DNA from: a virus
Lineage: Duplodnaviria > Caudoviricetes
Virus record (IMG/VR): IMGVR_UViG_3300017747_003445
Location: 2,781-66,780 of that record
Strand: one strand, 5' to 3'
DNA: 64,000 bases
Part shown: positions 16,379-26,766 of the stretch, one piece after another
Numbering within the stretch: position 1 is the stretch's first letter
Layout of the letters: the number at the start of each line of letters is the position of its first letter
Translations under genes and position numbers: made by a program
Notes under the pieces: model-generated
Seen by the model: the letters and a program-made list of their open reading frames with translations, nothing else
Told to the model about the DNA's origin: nothing
Database searches by the model: none

Positions 16379-17992
16379 CTATATTTTAATCCAACTAGAC
16401 CCTCCATTATTAGACCTCCATAATTCATTAGTATTATTACTACTATAATTACAAGTGCCTGCTAATATATATTGACCATCATCTGACGCTGAAATAGCCC
16501 ACCATTGTTTATTTCCGGGTCCCGATACTGCTGTTAGTGGCGTTGCAAAACTAGCTCCACTTTGATAAATTGGATAAGTAGTATTAGCACTATAATAAAG
16601 AGTATAAAATCTATTTGAACCATTATTAAATACAGCGATTCCACGATAAGCTGATGCAACAAAAGTAGAAAAACTACTACCTGAATTAGTAGAGGTATAT
16701 ATATCTGCACCTATTAGCCCAATCACTGAACCACTTGATGTCATTGATATTCCTCTTTTAGAAATGCCTTGTGTTCCAAAAGTAACAGATGTCCAACTAG
16801 CACCATTATTAGTAGATTTAGAAATCCCTGTTTGAGTGCTGATAACCATTAAGGAGCCATCTGAATCTATTTCACTAACAAAAAAACTATTTTGTTCATT
16901 TTGGTCATCTTCGTCAATAGCAAGAGAAAATGATGCTCCAAAGTTATTAGATAAATAACTTCTAGATGTTGGAGTACTAGCACTACATAATGAAGGGAAA
17001 AGACATACTATAATATGCTCTCCATCTCCTGAAATAGATACATTGCTTATAGCTAATGGATTAGGGTAATCACAGGAAGGGATATTGCTTGTTATATCTG
17101 TAAAACTAGCACCATAATCACTAGAGAAAATAAGTTTACCATATTGTTCGCCTGCTACTACATACTCTCCAGTATCTGATATAGCAATTGAACTCCAATA
17201 ACCAATTAATGTAGATTGTTGTCCTCCAACCTTTTGGAAATTTACACCGTAATCAATAGAGCGGTATATATACCCTTGTAAATTATCAAGAAATTGAGGT
17301 CCGACTTTTGCTGAAGCTACTACTTGATATTGTCCTGTTGTTCTACTAACAGCTACTGATGAAATTGGGAATTTTACATCAGTAACTCCATTATTAATTC
17401 CTCCATCTTCTACTACTACTCTAATAGCACTTGGAGCATATATAGTATAAGGAAAAGATAATAATACATATTGTGGTCCACTTGGAAGAAATATATCAGA
17501 TTGGTCTACTATTTGATTGCTTGAGTATATAGTAATATGAGCATAACCTGATGGGCTGCTTATTGTACCATCTATATATAATATAAATCCAAAACCGGCT
17601 CCATTATCTGCATATACTTGAAAATCATAATTAATTGTAGTAATAGTAGTTACATTATATGAAAAAGCGGCAAGATTCCCATTAGTTGAACCTGTAAAAT
17701 AAATACCATAAGCAGGCTCCATAGTTATTGTTCCTGTAGTATATATATCACCTTTTACAACAAGCTGATTTGTAGTTTTATTTGCAAAAGGAGGATATGC
17801 CGCTATAGTTGGATATGATATAGAAAGAGGGGCAAGTATATAATCTTCAAATTCTTGTTTAGTTATTTGCTTTGTACTAACAGGGACAGGATTAGATGGA
17901 AATGCCGGAGCATAAAATGGAGGATTAGTTATTGCATCTTGTAAATTATTACAAGAAACACATTGGTTATCAGCTATACTTGCAAAACTCAT
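16379..17992 (-). CDS. Tail-associated protein with BNR/Asp-box beta-propeller
   Basis: Asp boxes SIDYGVNF, SSDYGASF, SNNFGASF, STNNGASW, STNSGSSF, SNNGGSSW. Confidence 0.75.
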   Translation of the reverse strand: MSFASIADNQCVSCNNLQDAITNPPFYAPAFPSNPVPVSTKQITKQEFEDYILAPLSISYPTIAAYPPFANKTTNQLVVKGDIYTTGTITMEPAYGIYFTGSTNGNLAAFSYNVTTITTINYDFQVYADNGAGFGFILYIDGTISSPSGYAHITIYSSNQIVDQSDIFLPSGPQYVLLSFPYTIYAPSAIRVVVEDGGINNGVTDVKFPISSVAVSRTTGQYQVVASAKVGPQFLDNLQGYIYRSIDYGVNFQKVGGQQSTLIGYWSSIAISDTGEYVVAGEQYGKLIFSSDYGASFTDITSNIPSCDYPNPLAISNVSISGDGEHIIVCLFPSLCSASTPTSRSYLSNNFGASFSLAIDEDDQNEQNSFFVSEIDSDGSLMVISTQTGISKSTNNGASWTSVTFGTQGISKRGISMTSSGSVIGLIGADIYTSTNSGSSFSTFVASAYRGIAVFNNGSNRFYTLYYSANTTYPIYQSGASFATPLTAVSGPGNKQWWAISASDDGQYILAGTCNYSSNNTNELWRSNNGGSSWIKI

Positions 17993-17993
17993 A

Positions 17994-20900
17994 TTATTTC
18001 AATTTAGCTTCTAGTTTAGCAATTCTTTCTTCTAGTTTAGATAGTTTATAAGTATTTACGTGGTTGTAATCAACTTGCTTATATCCCTCTACATTATTGT
18101 GTACTGCATTTGGAAGTACTTTTTCTACTTCTTGTGCTATGTAACCAAAACAAGATTTATTATCCGTATCTTTTTTCCAAGAGAATTGACTAAAATTAAT
18201 ACCATCATAAGCACTAAATGTGTTATGAATATTTTTAAGTCTGCAATCTGATGTTTCAAAAAATGCTGTGGCAAACATACAAGAACAAGCACAAGAGTTA
18301 TTTGTATAAAAAGTACAAGCTGCTGAAGCAGTGATGCTACAACCAAAAGCTCCCGACCAAGCCCCACTAGCGGTATTACTTGAACCTCCTAAAACAGCAG
18401 AACAACCACCTGATGCTGCATTTGAAACACCTCCTACAACTACACTACGATATCCTGAAGCTGTATTACTATCACCACCGCCTACAAAACTTCTACCACT
18501 ACTTGCGGTGTTACTTGCTCCTCCTGCAACTGTTGTAAAATATGTTCCACTAGCTGTGTTTGATGCACCCCCACCTACTGTATTGTAAGCAATACCTGAA
18601 GCTGTGTTACCAACACCGCCTGACACTGTTGAGCTTAAGGTTGAAGCTGTATTACCTGTACCACCTGACACTGTAGAAGTAGCTCCTGAAGATATGTTAC
18701 TAACACCACCCCCTACAACAGAACAAACACCTGATGCTGTATTTGTAACACCTCCTCCTACTGTTGAATAACTATTTGTTACTGTATTAGTACATCCACC
18801 TGCTATTGCTCCCCAAGCACCTGAAACAACATTTGCTCTACCACCACCAATAAATCCGTGACAACCTGCTGATATTACATTTTGATAACCACCTGATATT
18901 GTTGATGCATAGACACCACATATTCTACTGTTATAACCTGCACCAATAAATGAATAATATCCTGAAGCTGTATTGTCTGCTCCTCCTACTACTGCTGCTT
19001 TATAAGGTCCACAAGCTCTATTACCTGTACCTCCAACAACAACAGCAGCCCAAGAAGTAGCATTATTACTATATCCACCACCTACAAAAGTACCGCAATT
19101 TGTTGATGTATTGCCAAATCCGCCTGAAACCACTGATGCACAACCTGAAGCTGTATTAGCATATCCACCTCCTGCTTTTGAAAATACACCTGAAGCTGTG
19201 TTTGATTGTCCACCACCTATTGATGTGTGGCTAGCTGATGCTACACTACCATATCCACCTACAATTGATGCACAAGAACCTGATACATTATTATTTTGAC
19301 CACCACCAATAAATGCACGATATCCTGAATTGGTATTAGTTCTTCCTCCTACAACTACATTTTCTGTTCCTGTAACTCTATTTGCATATCCTCCTGATAT
19401 TGTTGAAGCATAACCACATACTATATTATTATATCCACCACCAATAGTATCATAAGTACCTGATGCTGTATGTGCTCTACCACCTGCTACTGTTGTAGCT
19501 TGACCATTTGATGTGTTACTAATACCACCACCTATTACGGCATAAATAGCTGATGAATTATTTCCGCTACCTCCTGCATTTACTGAAAAACTACCTGATG
19601 CAGCATTACCTCCTCCGCCTCCCGCAAAAGAACAAGCACCTGATGCAGCATTAGCTGCACCACCACTTACTGTACTATGAGTTCCTGAAGCTGTATTTAC
19701 TCTTCCACCTGCTATAACACTTCTGTTACCACTTGCTGTATTAGCTTCTCCACCTCCTATAAAAGAAGAATAGTTTGATACAGTATTATAATATCCACTC
19801 CCAATACCTGACCAAATATAACCAACATTATTACAAATACCTCCTGATACTACAGCATATCCTGCTGAAGCTGTATTTGTTTTACCTCCACCTATAAATG
19901 AACAAGCTCCTGAAGCTGTGTTAAGTGTACCACCTCCTATTGTAGATAAATAACCACTACTTATGTTATTATACCCTCCTGCTATAGTTGAATTTACTCC
20001 TGATGATGTATTTGTTTGCCCTCCTCCAATTGTACTACCAAAACCACTATTATTCACATTTTGATATCCTCCTCCTATTGTACCATAAGGTGCACTATTT
20101 GTATTTTGATATCCACCTATTACTGAAGTATATTGTGCTGTTGCCCTATTCTGAAATCCTCCTCCTATTGTTGAAAACTGACCTGCTGCAAAAAATGTTG
20201 TAGGAGCTACTGAAAAAAATCCATTTGTAGTATTAAATGTACCACCTGATGTGTTGTTTCCAATACCACCTGATATTGTTGTACCTGATGTACATCCTGC
20301 TGCGACAGAACTACAAATATAGTTACAAGTACCTGCACCAATAAATGATGCTGTTGAATTTAAACAGTTTTTATAACCTGCTGATATTGTATTATAATTA
20401 CCACTACTATTATTATACCATCCACCACTAATTGTGTTAGCATAACCACTTGCTGTGTTTGTTTGACCACCACCAATAAATGAACGAGAACCTGATGCTG
20501 TGTTTGATATACCTCCTGAAACTGTAGAAAATTGATTTGAAGCTGTATTAGAACATCCTCCTATAATAGCTGAAGTTGAACCTGATGATATATTATTATT
20601 ACCACCACCTACAAAAGAGTATCCCCCTGAAGATGTATTACCTTTACCACCTGCTATTGTACCTGATGTAGCAGGAGCATTGTTACTCCTACCTCCTGCT
20701 ATTGTAACATAATATCCTGAAGCTGTATTTGATGTTCCACCTCCAATTGTACCACCATATTGACTATTTAATACATTACTTGCACCACCACCAATAGTAC
20801 TTGCAGCATTGGCTCCAATAACACAAACAACGTTAGCTTGACCACCACCTATAGTAGCGAATGCTCCTAATGCTCTATTAGAAATACCACCACCAATAGC

Positions 20901-23900
20901 TGAGCAATTGCCTGAAGCTGTATTACATGCACCACCATTTACTGCACTATGGTTCCCTGAAGCAGTGTGTGCACCTCCTCCTGCTATAACTGAATTTAAT
21001 CCTGAAGCAATATTTGAATCTCCACTTAGTACGGATGAATAATAGCTTCCTGAAGCAGTATTGTTATACCCTCCCCCTACAACGTGAAGACCTTGACCAC
21101 ACGCTCTATTAGTACTACCCCCTCCTATAAAAGAACGACTAGCTGTAATTGAGTTAAGATATCCACCACTTATTGTTGACCAAGCTGTACTTGCTGTATT
21201 ACCACATCCACCAACTACAGCAGAGCAAGCAGCTGATGCAGTGTTACCGTGTCCTCCTGCAACCACTGCTCTATAGCCTGATGCTGTATTGCTATCTCCG
21301 CCACTAACAACACTTCTACCAGCACTCGCAGTATTTGATGCCCCACCTGAAACAGTTGCAAAATATGTTCCACTAGCTGTGTTTGATGCACCACCACTTA
21401 CTGTTGCATAAGCAATACCTGAAGCAGTGTTTTGCTGACCACCACCTACCGTAGAACGATAAGTTGAAGCTGTATTAGTAAAACCACCACTTACTGTAGA
21501 ATGAACTCCCAAAGCTTTATTACAAATACCACCTCCCACAAATGCATGCGCTGCTGTAGAACAGTTTGCAAGTCCCCCTCCAACAAAAGCATAATTTGCA
21601 GAGGCTAAATTTCCATTACCACTTGCTATACCTGAAATATATCCTGATGCTGTATTGTTTACGCCAAATACTACTGAAAAACCACCACTTGCTGTGTTTG
21701 TTCTACCACCTGCTGTTGAGTAGTTTCCTGATGCTGCATTACTACCACCGCCTACTACTGTAGAATTACAACCTGAAGCTGTGTTTAAATTACCACCACT
21801 AACAGTTGCATAAGTTGAATTTGCTGTATTTCCATCTCCTCCAACAACAACAGAAATATATCCTGATGCTGTATTGGCTGAACCGCCACCGTGAAACGCT
21901 CTTGCGCCTGATGCTCTATTGTTTGACCCTCCTACAGAAGTAGCTAAACAAGCTGTTGCACAAACTAATGTGCCTCCACCTACAAACGCATAGTCACCAC
22001 AGCTAATATTCATCCAACCACCTGCAAGAACACCTGCTGTTCCCATAGAATAAAGAGTAGTTGGAGCAGTTGAAAAATATGCAGCACCCATAACACCACC
22101 TGCTGTATTGTTTCCAATACCACCCCCCATAAATGAACCTATACCTGTTGCTCTATTACATATACCTCCTGCAACAGTTGATTGCACTCCTGATGCACAG
22201 TTTCTATATCCTCCTGATACAGTACTACTGTATCCACTTGCTAAATTTACATATCCTCCTCCCACTGCAGAATAAGAATTTGAAGCTGTATTTGCATAAC
22301 CACCACCTATTGATGTGTGATTAGACGATGCTACATTACCATATCCGCCTAAAGCAGCAGAATAATTACCTGATGCACTATTTACAACACCACATCTAAC
22401 AGATGATAATGTACCTGCTCCTAATATAATAACAGCACTAGAACCAACATTTATACCACTAGAACCTGAAGTACCTGCCGTTCCGCTTGTTCCACTAGAA
22501 CCACTTGTCCCACTAGTTCCTGAAGAACCGCTAGTTCCTGTAGTTCCACTTGTCCCAGTCGTTCCTGAAGAGCCAGATGTTCCTGAAGTACCAGATGAAC
22601 CAGAAGTTCCAGAAGTTCCAGATGAGCCACTACTACCACTTGTACCCGTTGTTCCACTAGTACCTGATGAACCTGAAGTCCCTGATGTACCCGTAGAGCC
22701 ACTAGTACCAGTTGTACCGCTTGTTCCAGAAGAACCTGATGTTCCTGTTGTGCCACTAGTTCCAGAAGAACCTGAAGTTCCTGTTGTGCCACTAGTACCA
22801 TTTGTACCATTTATACCGCTAGTTCCTGATGTTCCTGAAGTTCCGCTTGTGCCAGAAGTACCACTTGTTCCCGAAGTTCCTGAAGTTGTACCTACAGCTA
22901 TACCAATTTGTTTTATGTTGGTAATAATTGAAGGTGCTGCTGGTATTGTGCCTGTTGCAGCTACTGCTGTTACCTGAACATCAGATGCATTTGCTTGAAA
23001 ATAAACTTCATAATAATCATTAGCATTTGCACTATCAATAATAGAAACGAATGGTAACTGCTTTGCACTTTGGCTTCTTAAACCTAAGATAGAATCAGTT
23101 CTAATAATATTAGCTCCATTTTTCCTTAACCAAATATTAACATCTGCACCACCACCACCTGTATGTTCTATCTGTAATGAATATGCAATTTCATATATTC
23201 CAGTATGTTGAACAGTAAGTTGTGAACCACTGAAAACAATACCATTACTATATTCATCATTTGTATATGTAATTGCTGTTGGTGTATTTGCCGCAGTTAC
23301 CACTTGAGTAGCTGTACTTGTAAACGCACCATACCAGTTAGCAATAGAAGCTCCTGAAGTACCATCTATACCATTGCGTCCCGAAGTACCTGATGAACCA
23401 CTAGAGCCGCTTGTACCAGATGTTCCAGATGTTCCTGTAGTTCCGCTTGTACCAGATGTTCCACTTGTGCCGCTAGAGCCGCTTGTGCCTGTAGTGCCTG
23501 ATGTTCCCGAAGAGCCATCACCACCACTAGCACCATCCAAGTTTACTACCCATGCAGAATAAGTTCCACTACCCACTGTTCTAGTTGGGGCTGCAAATTG
23601 CAAAGCACCCGTTACACTATTATATGAAATAACCTCACACTCTTGGAAGTTTGAAATATTATAAACTACTATTATTGATTGAGCCACTGTATAAGCAAGT
23701 CCTGTTCCAACAGTTATTGTTGCCGCATTGCCTAATGTAAATGTTGAAGTAGATGTGGTAGCATATTTATCACCTGTGTACCCTGATGTTCCTGCGGTTC
23801 CTGAAGAACCACTTGTACCAGATGTCCCACTCGTTCCATCTGTTCCTGAAGAGCCACTAGTTCCTGTAGAACCAGAAGTACCTGTCGTTCCTGATGTTCC

Positions 23901-24635
23901 GCTTGAACCTGAAGTTCCCGTAGTACCACTTGACCCCGTAGTTCCGCTTGTACCACCTGTTCCGCTTGTACCTGCCGAACCACTCGTTCCTGATGTTCCA
24001 CTAGTTCCGCTTGTGCCATCGCTCCCTGAAGTACCGCTAGTACCTGTAGTACCTGAAGTCCCCGTTGTACCTGAAGTCCCAGTAGTTCCTGAAGTTCCAG
24101 TAGTCCCTGATGAGCCAGAAGAACCGCTTGTTCCTGATGTACCTGTAGTACCTGAAGAACCGCTTGTTCCTGAAGTTCCAGAAGAGCCACTTGTTCCTGA
24201 AGTTCCAGAGCTTCCACTTGAACCACTCGTTCCACTTGTGCCAGTTGTTCCACTTGTTCCGCTTGTTCCATCAGTTCCGCTAGTACCTGAAGTACCACTT
24301 GTTCCATCTGTACCTGAAGTTCCCGAAGTTCCACTAGTTCCGCTCGTACCCGTAGTTCCACTTGTTCCTGTAGTACCAGAAGTTCCTGAAGTACTTGAGC
24401 TACCAGAACTACCGCTTGTTCCTGCTGAACCGCTTGTACCAGAAGTGCCTGTTGTGCCTGAAGTACCTGTTGTTCCACTTGTACCCGTAGTACCACTCGT
24501 ACCACTTGTACCCGAAGAACCTGAAGTTCCTATAGTTCCTGAAGTATCGGCTGCTACTATGCCATTAACGGCAACCAAAATTCCATTTTCATTTCTTATT
24601 TTTATATCCCCCGTAATGAGTGATTGAATAGCCAT
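17994..24635 (-). CDS. Long tail fibre: Gly-Thr-Ser collagen-like blocks, globular inserts, ~14-aa beta-helix repeats and C-terminal S74 intramolecular chaperone
   Basis: (GTS/GSS/GTT)n; xVxGGxxNTASG repeats; 'ETSDCRLKNI…GYIAQEVEKVLP…VDY' followed by a terminal coiled coil. Confidence 0.9.
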   Translation of the reverse strand: MAIQSLITGDIKIRNENGILVAVNGIVAADTSGTIGTSGSSGTSGTSGTTGTSGTTGTSGTTGTSGTSGSAGTSGSSGSSSTSGTSGTTGTSGTTGTSGTSGTSGTSGTDGTSGTSGTSGTDGTSGTSGTTGTSGTSGSSGSSGTSGTSGSSGTSGTSGSSGTTGTSGTSGSSGSSGTTGTSGTTGTSGTTGTSGTTGTSGTSGSDGTSGTSGTSGTSGSAGTSGTGGTSGTTGSSGTTGTSGSSGTSGTTGTSGSTGTSGSSGTDGTSGTSGTSGSSGTAGTSGYTGDKYATTSTSTFTLGNAATITVGTGLAYTVAQSIIVVYNISNFQECEVISYNSVTGALQFAAPTRTVGSGTYSAWVVNLDGASGGDGSSGTSGTTGTSGSSGTSGTSGTSGTTGTSGTSGTSGSSGSSGTSGRNGIDGTSGASIANWYGAFTSTATQVVTAANTPTAITYTNDEYSNGIVFSGSQLTVQHTGIYEIAYSLQIEHTGGGGADVNIWLRKNGANIIRTDSILGLRSQSAKQLPFVSIIDSANANDYYEVYFQANASDVQVTAVAATGTIPAAPSIITNIKQIGIAVGTTSGTSGTSGTSGTSGTSGTSGTSGINGTNGTSGTTGTSGSSGTSGTTGTSGSSGTSGTTGTSGSTGTSGTSGSSGTSGTTGTSGSSGSSGTSGTSGSSGTSGTSGSSGTTGTSGTTGTSGSSGTSGTSGSSGTSGTAGTSGSSGINVGSSAVIILGAGTLSSVRCGVVNSASGNYSAALGGYGNVASSNHTSIGGGYANTASNSYSAVGGGYVNLASGYSSTVSGGYRNCASGVQSTVAGGICNRATGIGSFMGGGIGNNTAGGVMGAAYFSTAPTTLYSMGTAGVLAGGWMNISCGDYAFVGGGTLVCATACLATSVGGSNNRASGARAFHGGGSANTASGYISVVVGGDGNTANSTYATVSGGNLNTASGCNSTVVGGGSNAASGNYSTAGGRTNTASGGFSVVFGVNNTASGYISGIASGNGNLASANYAFVGGGLANCSTAAHAFVGGGICNKALGVHSTVSGGFTNTASTYRSTVGGGQQNTASGIAYATVSGGASNTASGTYFATVSGGASNTASAGRSVVSGGDSNTASGYRAVVAGGHGNTASAACSAVVGGCGNTASTAWSTISGGYLNSITASRSFIGGGSTNRACGQGLHVVGGGYNNTASGSYYSSVLSGDSNIASGLNSVIAGGGAHTASGNHSAVNGGACNTASGNCSAIGGGISNRALGAFATIGGGQANVVCVIGANAASTIGGGASNVLNSQYGGTIGGGTSNTASGYYVTIAGGRSNNAPATSGTIAGGKGNTSSGGYSFVGGGNNNISSGSTSAIIGGCSNTASNQFSTVSGGISNTASGSRSFIGGGQTNTASGYANTISGGWYNNSSGNYNTISAGYKNCLNSTASFIGAGTCNYICSSVAAGCTSGTTISGGIGNNTSGGTFNTTNGFFSVAPTTFFAAGQFSTIGGGFQNRATAQYTSVIGGYQNTNSAPYGTIGGGYQNVNNSGFGSTIGGGQTNTSSGVNSTIAGGYNNISSGYLSTIGGGTLNTASGACSFIGGGKTNTASAGYAVVSGGICNNVGYIWSGIGSGYYNTVSNYSSFIGGGEANTASGNRSVIAGGRVNTASGTHSTVSGGAANAASGACSFAGGGGGNAASGSFSVNAGGSGNNSSAIYAVIGGGISNTSNGQATTVAGGRAHTASGTYDTIGGGYNNIVCGYASTISGGYANRVTGTENVVVGGRTNTNSGYRAFIGGGQNNNVSGSCASIVGGYGSVASASHTSIGGGQSNTASGVFSKAGGGYANTASGCASVVSGGFGNTSTNCGTFVGGGYSNNATSWAAVVVGGTGNRACGPYKAAVVGGADNTASGYYSFIGAGYNSRICGVYASTISGGYQNVISAGCHGFIGGGRANVVSGAWGAIAGGCTNTVTNSYSTVGGGVTNTASGVCSVVGGGVSNISSGATSTVSGGTGNTASTLSSTVSGGVGNTASGIAYNTVGGGASNTASGTYFTTVAGGASNTASSGRSFVGGGDSNTASGYRSVVVGGVSNAASGGCSAVLGGSSNTASGAWSGAFGCSITASAACTFYTNNSCACSCMFATAFFETSDCRLKNIHNTFSAYDGINFSQFSWKKDTDNKSCFGYIAQEVEKVLPNAVHNNVEGYKQVDYNHVNTYKLSKLEERIAKLEAKLK
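18330..22400 (-). repeat. Degenerate ~14-aa repeat array (e.g. STVSGGISNTASG)
   Basis: Dozens of GG-xx-NTASG units in the fibre translation. Confidence 0.9.
22455..24545 (-). repeat. Three Gly-X-Y (X,Y = Thr/Ser) triplet blocks
   Basis: About 23780-24545, 23350-23525 and 22455-22890; Gly every third residue with variable synonymous codons. Confidence 0.9.
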
Positions 24636-24649
24636 TTAAATTTTTTTTC

Positions 24650-25165
24650 TTAATAAACTAAAATTCTAACAAATTCTCCAGTTGAAAAAGGAACCGTAGA
24701 TGCAACTGTTAATGTACCTACTGCGGTATCCCATTTAATATCATTTCCTGTAGGCGTGCCACTAAATATAATTTCACCGACACCTTGACCACCACGAGTT
24801 GCAGAAAGTAATGATTTATTAATTGCTTGTGAAAATGCTATTGAAGTATTTCCAGTACCTGCATATTTTCCTAATGGTATTGGAACCAATGCACCACCTG
24901 AAGCCGGATTAACAACAATACCACCTGTACCAATTAAACCTTCTGCTTCATAAGCATACCCACCACACATTCCATAAACATAATTAGTAAACCCATTTAT
25001 ATTTATTCCTGTATAACTATTAGAATATACCCACTGAAGCAAATAAACTTCTGTAGATAATTTTTTAGGTAAATTTAAATCATTTTCTTGTTGGTTTTCA
25101 ATAGCCTTAATAACTAATGATATCGAAACCTTCGCTATCTCTATAACATCTGCTGTACTTGGCAT
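24650..25165 (-). CDS. Putative virion/tail protein
   Basis: Directly upstream of the fibre gene in the structural operon; beta-rich C-terminus. Confidence 0.55.
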   Translation of the reverse strand: MPSTADVIEIAKVSISLVIKAIENQQENDLNLPKKLSTEVYLLQWVYSNSYTGININGFTNYVYGMCGGYAYEAEGLIGTGGIVVNPASGGALVPIPLGKYAGTGNTSIAFSQAINKSLLSATRGGQGVGEIIFSGTPTGNDIKWDTAVGTLTVASTVPFSTGEFVRILVY

Positions 25166-25701
25166 TAGAATACAAGTTTAGGATTGTCAATAATGAATTT
25201 CGCTTTATTTAAAGATAATTGTGCAATTGTTATACCAGCTCCTAATGATATAGCATCATCCGCCGCTCTAATATAAGTTGTCAATGCAAATTTTGTAGAT
25301 AGCCAATTATCTCCATCTAATAAAGATGGACTTGAAACTTGAGCTTTAGATAATTTTACATCATATATTTTTGAGTAAGTTGAAAAACAATAATCAACTG
25401 TTTTACTATATAACACGACGTAATCTCCAATTGTAGAAGTAACACTTCCCCATTCTACGGTAATAGTTAATGCGTAATCTTTATCAAGAACATCATAACT
25501 TATTGTATTGCCAGATGCTAAAGGGAATAATTCATAATTTGTAGTTGTGCCCTCTTCAACAAGATATGTTCCATCTGATTTTCGCATATATACTCTTCTG
25601 CTTGTAATAGCAGCGTCTGTGCCAGTGCTTGTATCCGTAATTACAATCAAATTAGGCACTGAAATATATTGCGTTGCGGTAAAATTTTCTAAAAATGGCA
25701 T
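25165..25701 (-). CDS. Putative virion/tail protein
   Basis: Structural operon context; -7 box at 25716-25723. Confidence 0.55.
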   Translation of the reverse strand: MPFLENFTATQYISVPNLIVITDTSTGTDAAITSRRVYMRKSDGTYLVEEGTTTNYELFPLASGNTISYDVLDKDYALTITVEWGSVTSTIGDYVVLYSKTVDYCFSTYSKIYDVKLSKAQVSSPSLLDGDNWLSTKFALTTYIRAADDAISLGAGITIAQLSLNKAKFIIDNPKLVF

Positions 25702-25746
25702 AATATAACTTTTATCAAAAATACCAAAAAATAATAGTATTATAAA

Positions 25747-25782
25747 TAAAAAGCTCCTACTTTTTTTTAAGTAAGAGCTTTC
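25747..25782 (-). terminator. Probable terminator downstream of the capsid operon
   Basis: AAAGCTC-CTACT…AGTAA-GAGCTTT imperfect hairpin with an A-run (U-tail on the - strand). Confidence 0.5.
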
Positions 25783-25801
25783 TCGTAAATAATTAAATTA
25801 A

Positions 25802-26704
25802 TTATACCGTTTCTGGTTCAGTTAATTGTTTATTGATATTATCTAAAACTTGTTTACCATTCTTTGCAGAATTAATAAATTGAGTTAAAGCTTCTGTAAC
25901 ATTTCCTCTATCTTCTTTTGATATAGTTGTTATTTCTTGAGAACCAAGAGTAACTTTTCCTGTTGCAATATCAAATTTAAGAACATCAGAATCTAATGCT
26001 TTTCTAACAGATGCTTTAATTGGTTTATTAGGGTCATTATAAACTCTTAAAAACTCTTCAGGTTTAGTGCGAGCTAAATCAGCTACTTGAGCTAAAATAA
26101 CTTCATCATCAGTAAATTCATTCCAATTTAATGATGCACCAATTTGACGAGCTTCAGAAGGTTTTAATTTGGTAACAATATTAATTGCCTCTTTTAATGT
26201 ATTAAAGCCAGTCATAACTTTTTGACTCGTAACTTTTTGATTAATAACTTTGCACATAGGAGCTTTGCTTTTATCTCTTCCTCCTTCTCCTATAATACTA
26301 TCTTGATTCCAATTTGAAATCATTAAAAACTCATACAACTCTTCATCTTTTTGATTACCACCGGTTAATGAAAATTTGCCTCCGAATTTAAAATCTCCAG
26401 AGCCATCACTAATCCCCGGCATAAAAAATCTTTCTCTAGGATTGCCATCTCTATCCCATGAATCAGCAACTACTATATCTACCCAAGAGCTTCCTTCTTT
26501 AATATAAGGGTCTTTGATTCTATCCCTTAAAGGAATATTTGCTTTAGGATAAAGCATAGGACTTTTTTGTCTTTCTTTTTCATCAGGGTCATTGTTCTTT
26601 TGACCGGTAAGCATTTCAAATGTGATTGTTTGACCAACCTCCAATGCAGGAATTTGATTTTTTAATTCCTCTGAAATTGCGTTGAATTTTCCAACTACTT
26701 GCAT
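25802..26704 (-). CDS. Hypothetical capsid-adjacent protein
   Basis: 300-aa ORF immediately downstream of the major capsid gene. Confidence 0.6.
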   Translation of the reverse strand: MQVVGKFNAISEELKNQIPALEVGQTITFEMLTGQKNNDPDEKERQKSPMLYPKANIPLRDRIKDPYIKEGSSWVDIVVADSWDRDGNPRERFFMPGISDGSGDFKFGGKFSLTGGNQKDEELYEFLMISNWNQDSIIGEGGRDKSKAPMCKVINQKVTSQKVMTGFNTLKEAINIVTKLKPSEARQIGASLNWNEFTDDEVILAQVADLARTKPEEFLRVYNDPNKPIKASVRKALDSDVLKFDIATGKVTLGSQEITTISKEDRGNVTEALTQFINSAKNGKQVLDNINKQLTEPETV

Positions 26705-26726
26705 ATTGTGTGTTTTTTATTATGAA

Positions 26727-26758
26727 AATAAAGGGCGGCTTTTTACACCGCCCCTTTT
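26727..26758 (-). terminator. Terminator/attenuator after the major capsid gene
   Basis: AAAGGGCGG…CCGCCCCTTTT hairpin. Confidence 0.65.
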
Positions 26759-26766
26759 AGTTTGTA

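Noticed and set aside
18060-22324. Short + strand ORFs opposite the fibre repeat region
   Set aside because: Antisense shadows of the GG-NTASG repeats.
22451-24627. Long Val-Pro or Leu-Gln-Val repeat ORFs (23728..24627 +, 23732..24505 -, 22451..22810 -, 22750..22977 +, 23374..23562 +)
   Set aside because: Shadow frames of the (Gly-Thr-Ser)n fibre repeats; no plausible start context.
16379-24635. Diversity-generating retroelement targeting the fibre
   Set aside because: No reverse transcriptase and no template/variable repeat pair differing at adenines was seen in the window.
17994-24635. Iron-binding HxH 'Ferrojan horse' fibre linked to the ferritin
   Set aside because: The fibre has no repeated HxH motifs.
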